Assembly: GCA_044344255.1 (NCBI GenBank)
Contig: JBIJDH010000024.1
Location: 62,812 to 126,811 of the forward strand
Origin: Myxococcota bacterium
Lineage (GTDB): Bacteria > Myxococcota_A > UBA796 > UBA2385
Direction: 5' to 3'
Length of the DNA stretch: 64,000 nucleotides
Shown here in pieces: positions 35,873-44,989 of this stretch (positions are counted from its first letter, which is position 1; the number at the start of each line of letters is the position of its first letter). The position numbers and the translations under genes were made by a program. The notes under the pieces were generated by a model, which searched no databases, was not told where the DNA came from, and saw only the letters and a list, made by a program, of their open reading frames with translations.

Positions 35873-38191
35873 TCACCGGCGCGCGGGGGGCGCCTCGAAC
35901 GTGACCCGCCCGAGCGTGACCGCGCTCCAGGGCGCTGGGCGCGACCACCAGCCGGGTGGGGCGGAGATCGGCAGCCCGTCTGTCTCATCGACGAGGACGG
36001 ACGTGCCGCGCCCGAGGGTGAGGACCACCCGCAGCCCGGCCTCGGGCGGGTCGACCCACAGCAGGCGGCGCGCCCGGCCCGTCCCCTGCACCTCATGGGG
36101 GCCCTCCGCGCCCTCCACCGACAGGACGCGGCTGCCGGGCGCCGGTCGAAAGGCGAGCGCGCGGGCCCCCCGCCGGGAGCGGAGGCGGAGGGCGACGCTG
36201 TCCCCGAGCCAGGCCTCCACCGAGACCTCGGGCGGCAGCACGTCCGCGTCCGGGGCCGGCGCCTCGAAGGCCTCCCCGCCGAAGAGCATCACGTCGGGCG
36301 AGGCGTCGGCGGCCGGGGCGCCGTCGGGGACGAGCTCCGCCAGCCACCCGGCGCGGCGGGCCTCTCCGCTGATCCAGCGCGGGCCGCGCTCATCGGTGAG
36401 GTGGACGAGGTGATAGGGCTGCGGCCAGCGATCCGGGGCCTGCTCCACGAGCGCGACCCCGACGAGCCCGAGCAGCACGAGGCCGAGCAGCAGCGGAAGG
36501 GCCCGGCGACCGGGCGTGAGCGAGGCGGCGCCCGGGAGGCCGAGCAGCGGGCCCACCGCCATCGCCAGCGGCGACAGGCCCACCCCCCAGGCGAGGAGCG
36601 GCAGCGTGGCCCCGAGCAGCGCCGCGAGGGGCACGAGCAGCAGCAGCGCCGGGGGCAGGCTGAGGAGCGCGGTCCCCGCCTCGGGCAGCCCGCGCGGCCA
36701 CCTCAAGCCCGGAGAGCGGGAGGCGCGGGCCCGCAGACCCAAGCACACGAGGCCGAGGGACAGGCCGAGGGCCGGCAGCACGAAGGGATAGGCGGCGCCG
36801 GGCAGGGTGAAGGCCACCCAGAGGGACAGGCCCACCCAGGCGAGGCCGCCGCCGAGCGTTGGCCCGCCGCCCGCCGCCCACCGCCCGCCGAGCGCCGACA
36901 GGGCGAGGGCGGGCCAGAGGCCGAGCAGGCTGAGCAGCGGCCGCAAGACCGCGGCGAGCGGGCTGTCCATCCCCTCGTGGGCCGCCTCCACCGGCGACAG
37001 GGCCGACAGGACCGACAGGGCCCCGTAACAGAGGCCCACGGCCCCCACGGCCGACAGGGGGGCCGAGAGGAGCCCGAAGAGGAGCGGGCCCAGCCGCGGC
37101 CGCGCGGCCAGCAGGGCGAGGAGCCAGAGCACCGCCGCGCTCACCGCGAGGATCGGCATCATCACGGCGTCGAGCACGACGAGGCCGCCCGGCAGGTTGA
37201 AGTAGACCGGGTCGGCCGCGCCGCCCCATCGGTCCGCCGCCGTGCCGGTCGCAGGGGCCGCCGCGGGGCCGGTCGGACGGGAGAGGTCGGCGTCGGCGAG
37301 GCCGAGGGACAGGGACCGGGCCAGGGCGGCCTGGTGCTGGAGCGTGCGCCGATCGAGGCGTTCGGGCCGATCCTCGGAGCTGTGATAGACCCGCAGCCCG
37401 TCGACGAAGGCGAAGTCGAGCCCCGGCACCCCAAACAGCGCCGACAGGTCGGTGTCATTCGGGAGGAGGGAGAAGACCGCCGGACCGAGCGAGCCCGCCC
37501 GCGCGTGGGGCAGCTCGGCGAGGGCCCGCACCAGGGCGCCGCTCCCGGGCCCGGTGTGGAACATCAGCGCCGCCCCGCCCGCGCCCCGCCCCTCAAAGTT
37601 GAGCACGGCCCCCACCGACGACCAGCGGGGGTGCTCCCGCTGAAAGAGGGTCGCGCCGAGCAGCCCGGCCTCCTCCCCGTCGGTGAGCAGCACCACCACG
37701 TCATTCCGGGCGGGGGGCCCGGCGCCGATCGCCCGCGCGGCGGCGAGCACCGCGGCCACCCCCGCCCCGGCGTCGGCCGCGCCCGCGGCGTTGGGCACGC
37801 TGTCGGTGTGCGAGACGAGGAGGAGGGTGTCCCGGCGCTCCACCCCCGCCCGCCGGGCGACGAGGTTGCGCACCCGCCCGCCGAGGAGCAGCCCCCCGCG
37901 CTCGACCATCACCTCCCCCACCTGCTCCTCGACGTCGAAGCCGGCGGCGCGGAGCTCCTCGGCGAGCCCGTCCTGGACGGCCGCGAGGGCCGCCGAGCCC
38001 GTGGGCCGCGGCGCCCCGGCCACCTGCGCGACCGTCCGGTCGAGCGCCGCCGCCGTCTCCGCGTCCACCGCCCCCGACGGCGCGCGGGCGAGGTCGAGCC
38101 CGAGCAGCACGAGCAGCCCGACCCAGCCCGCCCACAGGGTCAGGCCCAGGCGGGGGGCCGCGGACACGGGGGCTTCGCGGGGCGCGGTCAT
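35873..38191 (-). CDS. M28 family membrane metallopeptidase
   Basis: SHTDSV, GAADAGAG, DGEEAGLLGA, NFEGRG, PNDTD and YHS motifs followed by a TM bundle. Confidence 0.92.
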   Translation of the reverse strand: MTAPREAPVSAAPRLGLTLWAGWVGLLVLLGLDLARAPSGAVDAETAAALDRTVAQVAGAPRPTGSAALAAVQDGLAEELRAAGFDVEEQVGEVMVERGGLLLGGRVRNLVARRAGVERRDTLLLVSHTDSVPNAAGAADAGAGVAAVLAAARAIGAGPPARNDVVVLLTDGEEAGLLGATLFQREHPRWSSVGAVLNFEGRGAGGAALMFHTGPGSGALVRALAELPHARAGSLGPAVFSLLPNDTDLSALFGVPGLDFAFVDGLRVYHSSEDRPERLDRRTLQHQAALARSLSLGLADADLSRPTGPAAAPATGTAADRWGGAADPVYFNLPGGLVVLDAVMMPILAVSAAVLWLLALLAARPRLGPLLFGLLSAPLSAVGAVGLCYGALSVLSALSPVEAAHEGMDSPLAAVLRPLLSLLGLWPALALSALGGRWAAGGGPTLGGGLAWVGLSLWVAFTLPGAAYPFVLPALGLSLGLVCLGLRARASRSPGLRWPRGLPEAGTALLSLPPALLLLVPLAALLGATLPLLAWGVGLSPLAMAVGPLLGLPGAASLTPGRRALPLLLGLVLLGLVGVALVEQAPDRWPQPYHLVHLTDERGPRWISGEARRAGWLAELVPDGAPAADASPDVMLFGGEAFEAPAPDADVLPPEVSVEAWLGDSVALRLRSRRGARALAFRPAPGSRVLSVEGAEGPHEVQGTGRARRLLWVDPPEAGLRVVLTLGRGTSVLVDETDGLPISAPPGWWSRPAPWSAVTLGRVTFEAPPARR

Positions 38192-38898
38192 CGGGTGAGG
38201 AGCCGCACCTCACCGGTCTCGGTGTCCACGCTCACGCCCATGAAGCGCCCGCGGGAGCACGTGCCGGTGTTGGCGAGGACCCCGCCCGGCAGCTCCAGGC
38301 GGACGGGGATGTGGGTGTGCCCCATGACCACCACCTGCACGCCCTGCTCCGCCATCAGCGCCTGGGCCGCCCGGCCGTAGGGGCCCGCGGGCCCCTTGTG
38401 GAGGCGGCCCTTCACGGTCACGTCTCGGTCTTCGAGCACCTCCGCCACCGCCCGGAGCCCCACCGCGCGGGCCTGACCGGTGAACCAGGTGCCCGCGGCC
38501 GACAGGCGCGGCGCCCGCCCGATGACCGGGTCGTAGGCGTCTCCGTGGACGAAGAGCGCGCGGCAGCCGGGCTCTCCGAGGGTGAGCGACCGCGCGGCTC
38601 CCAGCACCTCGTGGGTGATGGGGTCATGGTTGCCGCAGATCCAGCGGTACTGCGGCTCTTCGAAGCGCTGGGTGAGGCGCGCGGTGCGCTCCCGGGCCAG
38701 GGCGAGGGCCCGCCGCGCCGAGGCTGGCCCGGGGAGAGGCCCGTGGTCGGTCTGGTAGATGTCCCCGAGGAGCACGAGGGCGTCGTGCTGGGCCTCGAGG
38801 ACGTCCAGCCACCGCAAGAAGTCGCCCTCCGCGTGCCGAAAGGTGTCCGCGTGGGCGCGGTCGCCGATGTGGAGGTCTGACACAGCGGCGATGCGCAT
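38188..38898 (-). CDS. calcineurin-like metallophosphoesterase (LpxH-like)
   Basis: SDLH, LGD, GNHD, VHGD and MGHTH motifs. Confidence 0.9.
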   Translation of the reverse strand: MRIAAVSDLHIGDRAHADTFRHAEGDFLRWLDVLEAQHDALVLLGDIYQTDHGPLPGPASARRALALARERTARLTQRFEEPQYRWICGNHDPITHEVLGAARSLTLGEPGCRALFVHGDAYDPVIGRAPRLSAAGTWFTGQARAVGLRAVAEVLEDRDVTVKGRLHKGPAGPYGRAAQALMAEQGVQVVVMGHTHIPVRLELPGGVLANTGTCSRGRFMGVSVDTETGEVRLLTR

Positions 38899-38915
38899 GG
38901 CGGGCTCGGCGAGCG

Positions 38916-38948
38916 GGGGCAGACACGGGGCAGACACGGGGCAGACAC
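38916..38948. repeat. 11-bp tandem repeat GGGGCAGACAC x3
   Basis: Directly visible between the RNA ligase and phosphoesterase genes. Confidence 0.9.
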
Positions 38949-38962
38949 GGGGGCCGGGGAGG

Positions 38963-39937
38963 CTACTTCCGAAGGAGGTAGCCCTCCCCGTGGAGCTTGA
39001 GGATGACACGGCCGACCCGGTCATCCCAGCGCTCTCGGATGGGCCGTACCACGAAGCCCTCCCGCACGTGGGCGCCGTCGGCGATCACCGTCGGCCCCTC
39101 CGCGAGGTGGCTCAGCCCCATCGACCAGGGCCCCCGATAGAGCCGCGGCACCACCGGGAGCTCCCAGACCGCGAGCAGCCGGTCGGCCTCGTCTACGTCC
39201 AGCCAGCGCCGGCTGCGCACGTCGAGCACGTCAAAGACCGCCCCCTTCACCATCCCCTGCCCGAGGCCATAGCGGAGGTCCTGCACGGCGCCGTAGGCCT
39301 CGAAGTACACGGCGTAGGGGGTGTCCCGCAGCTTCTCCTCGAGCCTCCAGCTCCGGGCGACCCGGGCCCAGAGGTTGTTGCCGTCCGGCGCCTTGAAGAG
39401 GTTGCGCGAGCCCACGTGCAGGCGCCCCTCGTGCCACACGGCGCGGCCGTTGGCGCCGTGCACCTTCTCGGTGAGCACCACCTCCTCCCCCTCCACGAGC
39501 ACCTCCGGCCAGCGCCGCACCCCCTCGATGTCATAGACGGGCAGCACACCGGGGTCGGGCATGCCCTCCTCTTCGACGCCGGGGTCGGGTGGATCGTACT
39601 TCTCGATCCCGAGGCGCTCCCGAACGTCCTCCCCCTCGGCCCAGCCGGGATCGGCGGGGAGGAGCAGCCCCATCGAGAAGATGCCCCGCAGCCGCAGGGC
39701 CTTGATCCGGGCCCAGCCGTCCTTGTTGGCCTGCTTGGCCAGGAAGGCGAACATTGGCCGGCTCACGTGCAGGAGGGCGTCGACCGGGATGTAGACCGCG
39801 AGGTCGCCCTCGTGGAGCTCGCCCGTGCGGATGATGCAGGGGTACCCACCGTGCACGCGGGTGATGGACAGGCTGTCCGCGTTCGGGTGGGGGTTGATCT
39901 CGCCGACGCGGACCGTGTGGATGTGGAACTCGCTCAT
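38963..39937 (-). CDS. ATP-dependent RNA ligase, DRB0094-like family
   Basis: N-terminal HPNADSL..RIKALRLRGIFSMG module, motif I TEKVHGAN, FEAYG, FDV, REGFVVRP and ILK. Confidence 0.9.
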   Translation of the reverse strand: MSEFHIHTVRVGEINPHPNADSLSITRVHGGYPCIIRTGELHEGDLAVYIPVDALLHVSRPMFAFLAKQANKDGWARIKALRLRGIFSMGLLLPADPGWAEGEDVRERLGIEKYDPPDPGVEEEGMPDPGVLPVYDIEGVRRWPEVLVEGEEVVLTEKVHGANGRAVWHEGRLHVGSRNLFKAPDGNNLWARVARSWRLEEKLRDTPYAVYFEAYGAVQDLRYGLGQGMVKGAVFDVLDVRSRRWLDVDEADRLLAVWELPVVPRLYRGPWSMGLSHLAEGPTVIADGAHVREGFVVRPIRERWDDRVGRVILKLHGEGYLLRK

Positions 39938-40281
39938 CGTTCCTCCATCCCGACTCCCCTGGGCCAACCCCAGGCCGGAGCCGGGGTTGTTCAGGGTGAA
40001 TGCCCTGCTCCGACTACCTCTTCGTACCCACTCCTGCTGCGAAGTCGCGCGCGACACTGGCCGAGCGATCGGCGCAGAGGCGGGACGGGCAACGGGTGCA
40101 GGGGAGGGTCGGGGTCATGGCGAGGGAGTCTTCGCCTGCGGAGCGGGGACTGTCAAGGCGCCCCGCCGCCGAGCGGTCCGAGCGGGGGGCGGAGGGCGGA
40201 GGGCTCCGAGCTGGGGCGGGAACGGGGGCGGGGGGAGGGAACGGGGGTTGCCGCTGGCCAACGAATAGAGATCGCTGGCTT

Positions 40282-40308
40282 CTGATATTGCAGATGTTTC
40301 AGATGTCG
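40282..40308 (+). promoter_or_regulatory. 9-bp-periodic repeats, likely an autoregulatory operator of the HTH/PIN module
   Basis: CTGATATTG CAGATGTTT CAGATGTCG in an AT-richer patch just before the GGAG RBS. Confidence 0.5.
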
Positions 40309-40331
40309 TGTATCCATAGGGGAGAGGTGTC

Positions 40332-40787
40332 GTGATGACCGAGCTTGACCTCCATCTCCCCAGCCCCGAGCAGGCCCGACAGGCCGCCCGCGCTCTTCGC
40401 GCCTTGGCAACCTTGGGGGAGCAGCCTTCGCCTGCGCAAGTCCGGCCGGTGGGTGTGGGCGACGAGAGGTCGGTCGAGATCCCCGCTGACGCCCTCGCCG
40501 TCCTGATACAGGTGCTGGGCCACATGGCCGAAGGTGACGCCGTCACGGTGGTTCCAGTGCAGTCCGAGGTCACCGCGCAGCAGGCGGCAGACCTCTTGGG
40601 GGTGTCCCGCCCGTTCCTGATTGGCCTGGTGGACCAGGGTAAGATCGCCTGTCGCAGGGTGGGCACCCATCGGCGAATCCCCCTCGCCGACCTCCTCGCC
40701 TTCAAGCAGGCGAGCAGGGCTGAGCGGAGGGCCCTGGCCGACCAGCTCACGGAGGAGGCTCAGGTGCTCGGCTTCGGCTACAAATGA
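40332..40787 (+). CDS. excisionase-family HTH antitoxin
   Basis: EVTAQQAADLLGVSRPFLIGLVDQGKI..VGTHRRI and C-terminal ALADQLTEEAQVLGFGY. Confidence 0.88.
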   Translation: MMTELDLHLPSPEQARQAARALRALATLGEQPSPAQVRPVGVGDERSVEIPADALAVLIQVLGHMAEGDAVTVVPVQSEVTAQQAADLLGVSRPFLIGLVDQGKIACRRVGTHRRIPLADLLAFKQASRAERRALADQLTEEAQVLGFGYK

Positions 40788-40902
40788 ACGACCTTGTCGT
40801 CTACGACGCCTGTGTCCTGTACCCGAGCCCACTGCGCGACTTCCTCATCCGGGTCGCCGTCGCGGAGCTGGTTCGGGCTCGGTGGAGCGAGCGGATCCTC
40901 AA
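40784..40902 (+). pseudogene. truncated PIN-domain toxin
   Basis: ATGA overlap. VVYDACVLYPSPLRDFLIRVA..ARWSERIL is a typical PIN N-terminus, and similarity stops where the convergent gene ends. Confidence 0.85.
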
Positions 40903-41561
40903 TCACCGAGATCGGACCGTGCCTCCTTTCGTCGACTGCGCTCTACCATGTCCACGAGGAGAGAGAATGAGCTCAGCGAGGAGGCCAACCCAAACTCCTC
41001 AACAGCCCCCACCGCGTCCATCATCAACTTTATTCCGGACTTGGTGAGTTCATCGGCCGAGCTGGGCACTCCGCCGCCCGTCATCGTAACGGTCCAGTCA
41101 ATGGGGCGCCCCGCGGGCACCACGTCGCTGGACTCACATCGCCCGCGCAAGGTCATCCCCTCCGAAGCACCGACCACGACAAGGGCCGCGCGACCGGAAC
41201 CCCAGCAATCCTCCCAGTTCGCCCGCCCACGCCGCTGGCGAAAACCCGAAGGCCGCGCTCCCCCCACGACGAGCACCGCCGTTGCCTGGGAGTCGCCGAG
41301 GACGGAGCACCGCAGCGCGCGGGTCTCCGCCTCCGGTCCCACGTTCTGGGCGAGCCCATCCAACCGCTTCGACAGGTTGATCACGGGCGCGTCTACGCCG
41401 GCCTCGGCCTCAACCGTCCAGGGGACCCGGCGCCACGGGAGCGCCGTGTCCGTCGGCCCGGATGGACTCCCCACCGCCCCCACCACATCTTCCGCGCGTG
41501 CCGGTGGCGTGGCGATCGCGGACAGGGAAATGGCAGCCAACACACGAATGCACGACGGCAT
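40899..41561 (-). CDS. secreted hypothetical protein, paralog of 41802-42479
   Basis: Signal peptide ending ARA-E; shared blocks TRALRCS, VLVVGGARP, WGSGRAALVVVGA and RGRCE. Confidence 0.7.
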   Translation of the reverse strand: MPSCIRVLAAISLSAIATPPARAEDVVGAVGSPSGPTDTALPWRRVPWTVEAEAGVDAPVINLSKRLDGLAQNVGPEAETRALRCSVLGDSQATAVLVVGGARPSGFRQRRGRANWEDCWGSGRAALVVVGASEGMTLRGRCESSDVVPAGRPIDWTVTMTGGGVPSSADELTKSGIKLMMDAVGAVEEFGLASSLSSFSLLVDMVERSRRKEARSDLGD

Positions 41562-41710
41562 CAATCACCACATCCAGCATCATCATAGGCCTTCAGAATT
41601 CGTTCAACCTCCGCAAGGGCATGCTCGTAGGCCGCCTCCGCGACCAAATACAGCAAAGGGTCACTCCCGGCCAAGAACGTTGCCGCCAACACTGCGTTCA
41701 AGGAGCCCAA
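41561..41710 (-). CDS. possible 49-aa helical peptide or C-terminal gene remnant
   Basis: GGAGG-N8-TTG start; MGSLNAVLAATFLAGSDPLLYLVAEAAYEHALAEVERILKAYDDAGCGD; TGATG coupling to the next gene. Confidence 0.4.
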   Translation of the reverse strand: MGSLNAVLAATFLAGSDPLLYLVAEAAYEHALAEVERILKAYDDAGCGD

Positions 41711-41801
41711 TCGCCGAGCCTCCGCACGACCGCAGGGGCCCTCATGCGGGCCCCGCCGTCACTGTTTGCCCCCTGCGCCACCGCCGCTCCCCAGCCCGCT
41801 C

Positions 41802-42479
41802 CTAGCCACTGGAACGCCGTCGCCTGTCTGGATACATCTTTGCGTCTTCGCCCATCTCCAACAGGCTCTCATACGCGGGTACGCCCAGCTCAGCCTCAAG
41901 GCGGTCAACGACCTCCGCAGCGTGTAGAAAGGTGGCCATCCCGGAGCGAAACACCTTCGGGGTACGGCGAGGCATACCGCCCTCCTCCACCCTTACGACC
42001 CAACTCAGCGAGCCGGCGCCCCCAATGATGTCGCCCAGCTCGCATGAGCCTCTCACCACAGTGCCGGCCCTGGCACCCACCAGCACGAGCCCAACCCGGC
42101 CGTCGCCCCACCGCTCGTCCCAGATGTTCTCGCTCGGTGGCGGCGTGCGCTCCGCGGGGCGCTCGCCACCGACAACGAGGATCGCGGCCGGATCACCGTC
42201 ACTGGCGGTCGAACACCGAAGGATTCGGGTAGGTCCGGCCGAACCGACTCGAATCGCGAGGGATGGCAGCAGCTTCGATATATTTACCGTCGGCGTTTCG
42301 ACGCCGACCGCACCTTCCACGAAGTGTTGTACATGCATGACGTCGGCGACCGTTGGCTCCTCGCCAATAGACTCCAATGTCGTTGAACCCGCTTTCAGGT
42401 CTTCTACTGCCGAGGCAGACAAGGACATAAAGAAGGTCGAAAGCAGTATCAGCGAGATCGGAACGGAACTTGAGCACAT
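41802..42479 (-). CDS. secreted hypothetical protein, paralog of 40899-41561
   Basis: Signal peptide ending ASA-V; blocks TRILRCS, ILVVGGERP, WGDGRVGLVLVGA and RGSCE. Confidence 0.7.
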   Translation of the reverse strand: MCSSSVPISLILLSTFFMSLSASAVEDLKAGSTTLESIGEEPTVADVMHVQHFVEGAVGVETPTVNISKLLPSLAIRVGSAGPTRILRCSTASDGDPAAILVVGGERPAERTPPPSENIWDERWGDGRVGLVLVGARAGTVVRGSCELGDIIGGAGSLSWVVRVEEGGMPRRTPKVFRSGMATFLHAAEVVDRLEAELGVPAYESLLEMGEDAKMYPDRRRRSSG

Positions 42480-42602
42480 GAATGAACCACCCACCAATGA
42501 AGTGCGACAGTGCGTACGGTCACTCATGGACGTGCGCATCCCGAGTCGCGATATTCTCTCTCCGGCTCTGCAGAGTGAGCGCCTTTCGCATGGCAGCCCT
42601 CC

Positions 42603-43016
42603 TCAGCTCTGCATACGCAGGTCGAGGATGACGGTCACCTGAGCCATCTCGTAGGCAGTACCCGTCCCATTGACGACATCCACCCCAAACTGAACGAGGC
42701 GCTTGAAGGAGTCGGGCGTGCCCGTCCAGCTCCCGGTGATCCGCGGGACGCCGTTGGAGGTGTATGAGGTGAGCGCCGTCACCGCGCTCCACACCGCGCC
42801 GTCTTCGCTCGTTCGGAAGACCCCCCGCACCTGCACGTTCGGCGTGCCCGACTCCACCACCACCGAGATGCGCGCGGCCTCCAACTTGGCGGAGATGCCC
42901 TCGAGGGAGTCTGGCGAGAGGGGGATGACGTTGGCCGTGCTGGTCGATCCCGCGCTGAACACGATGACCCGATCTCCGATCACCACCGTCTCGATCTTGC
43001 TGGAACAGCCCATCAC
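42603..43016 (-). CDS. hypothetical small all-beta protein
   Basis: GGAGG RBS; 137 aa, S/T/V/G-rich alternating pattern. Confidence 0.65.
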   Translation of the reverse strand: MMGCSSKIETVVIGDRVIVFSAGSTSTANVIPLSPDSLEGISAKLEAARISVVVESGTPNVQVRGVFRTSEDGAVWSAVTALTSYTSNGVPRITGSWTGTPDSFKRLVQFGVDVVNGTGTAYEMAQVTVILDLRMQS

Positions 43017-43110
43017 GCGCCTCCACCCGGCGGGCTCGTGAACGGCCGACCATCACCCCGAAACGGGGGGAGCCTCGACCAAAGGGCCCGACCTGGATGA
43101 CGCCCCCATA

Positions 43111-43144
43111 GCGCTGCGCTGCGCTGCGCTGCGCTGCGCTGCGC
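43111..43144. repeat. (GCGCT)6 plus GCGC microsatellite
   Basis: Directly visible, intergenic. Confidence 0.95.
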
Positions 43145-43374
43145 GCAAGGGTCGTGCCAACAAAGTTCTGCGCTTCGGAGCATCATGGAACCAGCCTACA
43201 CGGCCCGAACGGCCCGGTCAAGCCGATCGGGCCTGCTTTGCGACGCCGCGCAATTTCTCGCGGCCCGTCTCCACCGCACCCGGCGCCTTCAACGGGCCGT
43301 CTCTTCGCCTGCCATCGCCTGCTGCGGCCGCCGTCGCGCCGCGCGCCTCGTCCGTTCGGGTGGGTCGTGCCAGG

Positions 43375-44916
43375 TCATGGTCTGTGTCCGCTCTCCGCCC
43401 CCGAGGGGGCGCCGCCCACCTCCGACTGGAGAGTGCGGCTGAGGGTGCGCACCACCTGGAGCAGGCGCCGGTCGTCGTATCGCCGGCCCACCACCTGCAC
43501 CCCCACCGGGAGGCCGCTCGACCCGAGGCCCACAGGCATCGACACCACGGGGTTACCGGTCACGTTGAACAGGGTGGTCCAGGACTGGGTGGCGACGAAG
43601 TAGGGGACCGGCTGACCGTCCACCATCAGCGGCTCGTCGTAGACAGGGAAGGCCCCGAACATCCGCGAGGGCGCGAGGTGGGGGAACGCGGTGGTCGACG
43701 ACACGGGCACGATCCAGACGTCGTGCGCGTCGAAGAGGGCGTCCATCGCCTGGGCCGCGCGGTCCTGTCGCCCGAGGCTCTGCATATAGGACGGCACCGT
43801 GATCGGATCGAGGATGTGGCGGTGCATCGGCAGGTGCTCGACCTGCCTCCCGACGAAGAGCTTGCCCAGGCGCCGGGACAGGTTGGAGCGCTCGTAGCCC
43901 CCCTGGGCCCCCACGAGGGCGCCCCAGGTCTCCCAGATGGACACGGGGTCGAGCGCCGCGGGCGCGGCCCGGCTCACCTGCGCCCCGGCTCGCGCCAGCC
44001 GCTCCACCGTGGCGGCCATGACGTCTTTGATCTCCCGGCTCACGGGTACGCCGGGCAGGGTGTCGGTCCAGGCGACGCGCAGGCTGTCCACCGGCGGCGA
44101 CGCGGGCTCCGCCGACCAGGTGGGCAGCACGGTTCGATCGGTCGCGTGGGGGCGCGCCAGCACGTCAAAGGCCAGCGCGAGGTCGTCGGCGGTGCGGGCG
44201 ATGGGCCCCGCCACCGCCATGTTCCAGGTCATTCCATCGATCTCGCCGGGGATCGGGGGGACGTGGCCGTGCAGCGAGATCAGGTGATGGGAGGGCTTGA
44301 AGCCGTACACCCCGTTGAACGCGGTGGGGACACGCAGGGAGCCCGCGAGATCGCTCCCCACCGACAGCGCCGACATCCCGGTGGCCACCGCGACCGAGCA
44401 GCCCCCGCTGCTGCCGCCGGCGGTCCGCTCCGGATCCCAGGCGTTGTTCGTGCGGCCGAACACCGGGTTGGTGGTCTGCATGTCCATCGCCAGGGTGGGC
44501 AGGTTCGTCTTGCCGAGCACGATGGCGCCCGCCTCCCGGAGCAGCGCCACGACGGTCGCGTCGGCGTCGGGCACCCAGGCGGAGAGCGGCGAGTAGCCAG
44601 CGGTGGTGCGCATTCCAGCGGTGGCGAAGCTGTCCTTGACCGTCACCGGCACCCCATGGAGGGGCCCCCAGAGCTCCCCGCGGGCGAGCGCCTCGTCGGC
44701 CTGCCGGGCACGCGCGCGCGCCCCCGCGGCGTCGAGGGTGACGATGGCGTTGAGACCTGGGTTGTAGGCATCGACACGCGCGAGCTGGGCCTCGACCAGC
44801 GCGACAGAGCTGAGCTCCCCCGCGCGGATCGCCGCCGCGAGCTCGCTGGCGCTGGGGAGATCGGGCCGGGCCGCGGGGCCGGCGATGAGCATGGCGGTGA
44901 GCAACGCGCTGGACAC
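43375..44916 (-). CDS. amidase signature family enzyme
   Basis: PLHGVPVTVKD, GKTN, AGGSSGG and GSDLAGSLRVP (Lys-cisSer-Ser triad). Confidence 0.95.
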   Translation of the reverse strand: MSSALLTAMLIAGPAARPDLPSASELAAAIRAGELSSVALVEAQLARVDAYNPGLNAIVTLDAAGARARARQADEALARGELWGPLHGVPVTVKDSFATAGMRTTAGYSPLSAWVPDADATVVALLREAGAIVLGKTNLPTLAMDMQTTNPVFGRTNNAWDPERTAGGSSGGCSVAVATGMSALSVGSDLAGSLRVPTAFNGVYGFKPSHHLISLHGHVPPIPGEIDGMTWNMAVAGPIARTADDLALAFDVLARPHATDRTVLPTWSAEPASPPVDSLRVAWTDTLPGVPVSREIKDVMAATVERLARAGAQVSRAAPAALDPVSIWETWGALVGAQGGYERSNLSRRLGKLFVGRQVEHLPMHRHILDPITVPSYMQSLGRQDRAAQAMDALFDAHDVWIVPVSSTTAFPHLAPSRMFGAFPVYDEPLMVDGQPVPYFVATQSWTTLFNVTGNPVVSMPVGLGSSGLPVGVQVVGRRYDDRRLLQVVRTLSRTLQSEVGGAPSGAESGHRP

Positions 44917-44959
44917 GGGCACCTCCTCGGTACGAAGGCCAAATACCCACCGCTCGCCA

Positions 44960-44974
44960 ATGCACCCAATGCAT
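44960..44974. promoter_or_regulatory. LysR box (T-N11-A) between the amidase and its divergent LysR
   Basis: ATGCA-CCCAA-TGCAT inverted repeat. Confidence 0.7.
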
Positions 44975-44989
44975 GTTCATAATGGGGTC

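Noticed and set aside
34634..38380. 1248-aa plus-strand ORF and other long Arg/Pro/Gly-rich ORFs (for example 6602-8617, 8799-11159, 46010-47944)
   Set aside because: Shadow frames of motif-bearing genes, expected in high-GC DNA with few stop codons.
40170..40250. G-run-rich intergenic tract, a possible G-quadruplex
   Set aside because: Plausible by chance at this GC content and there is no supporting evidence.
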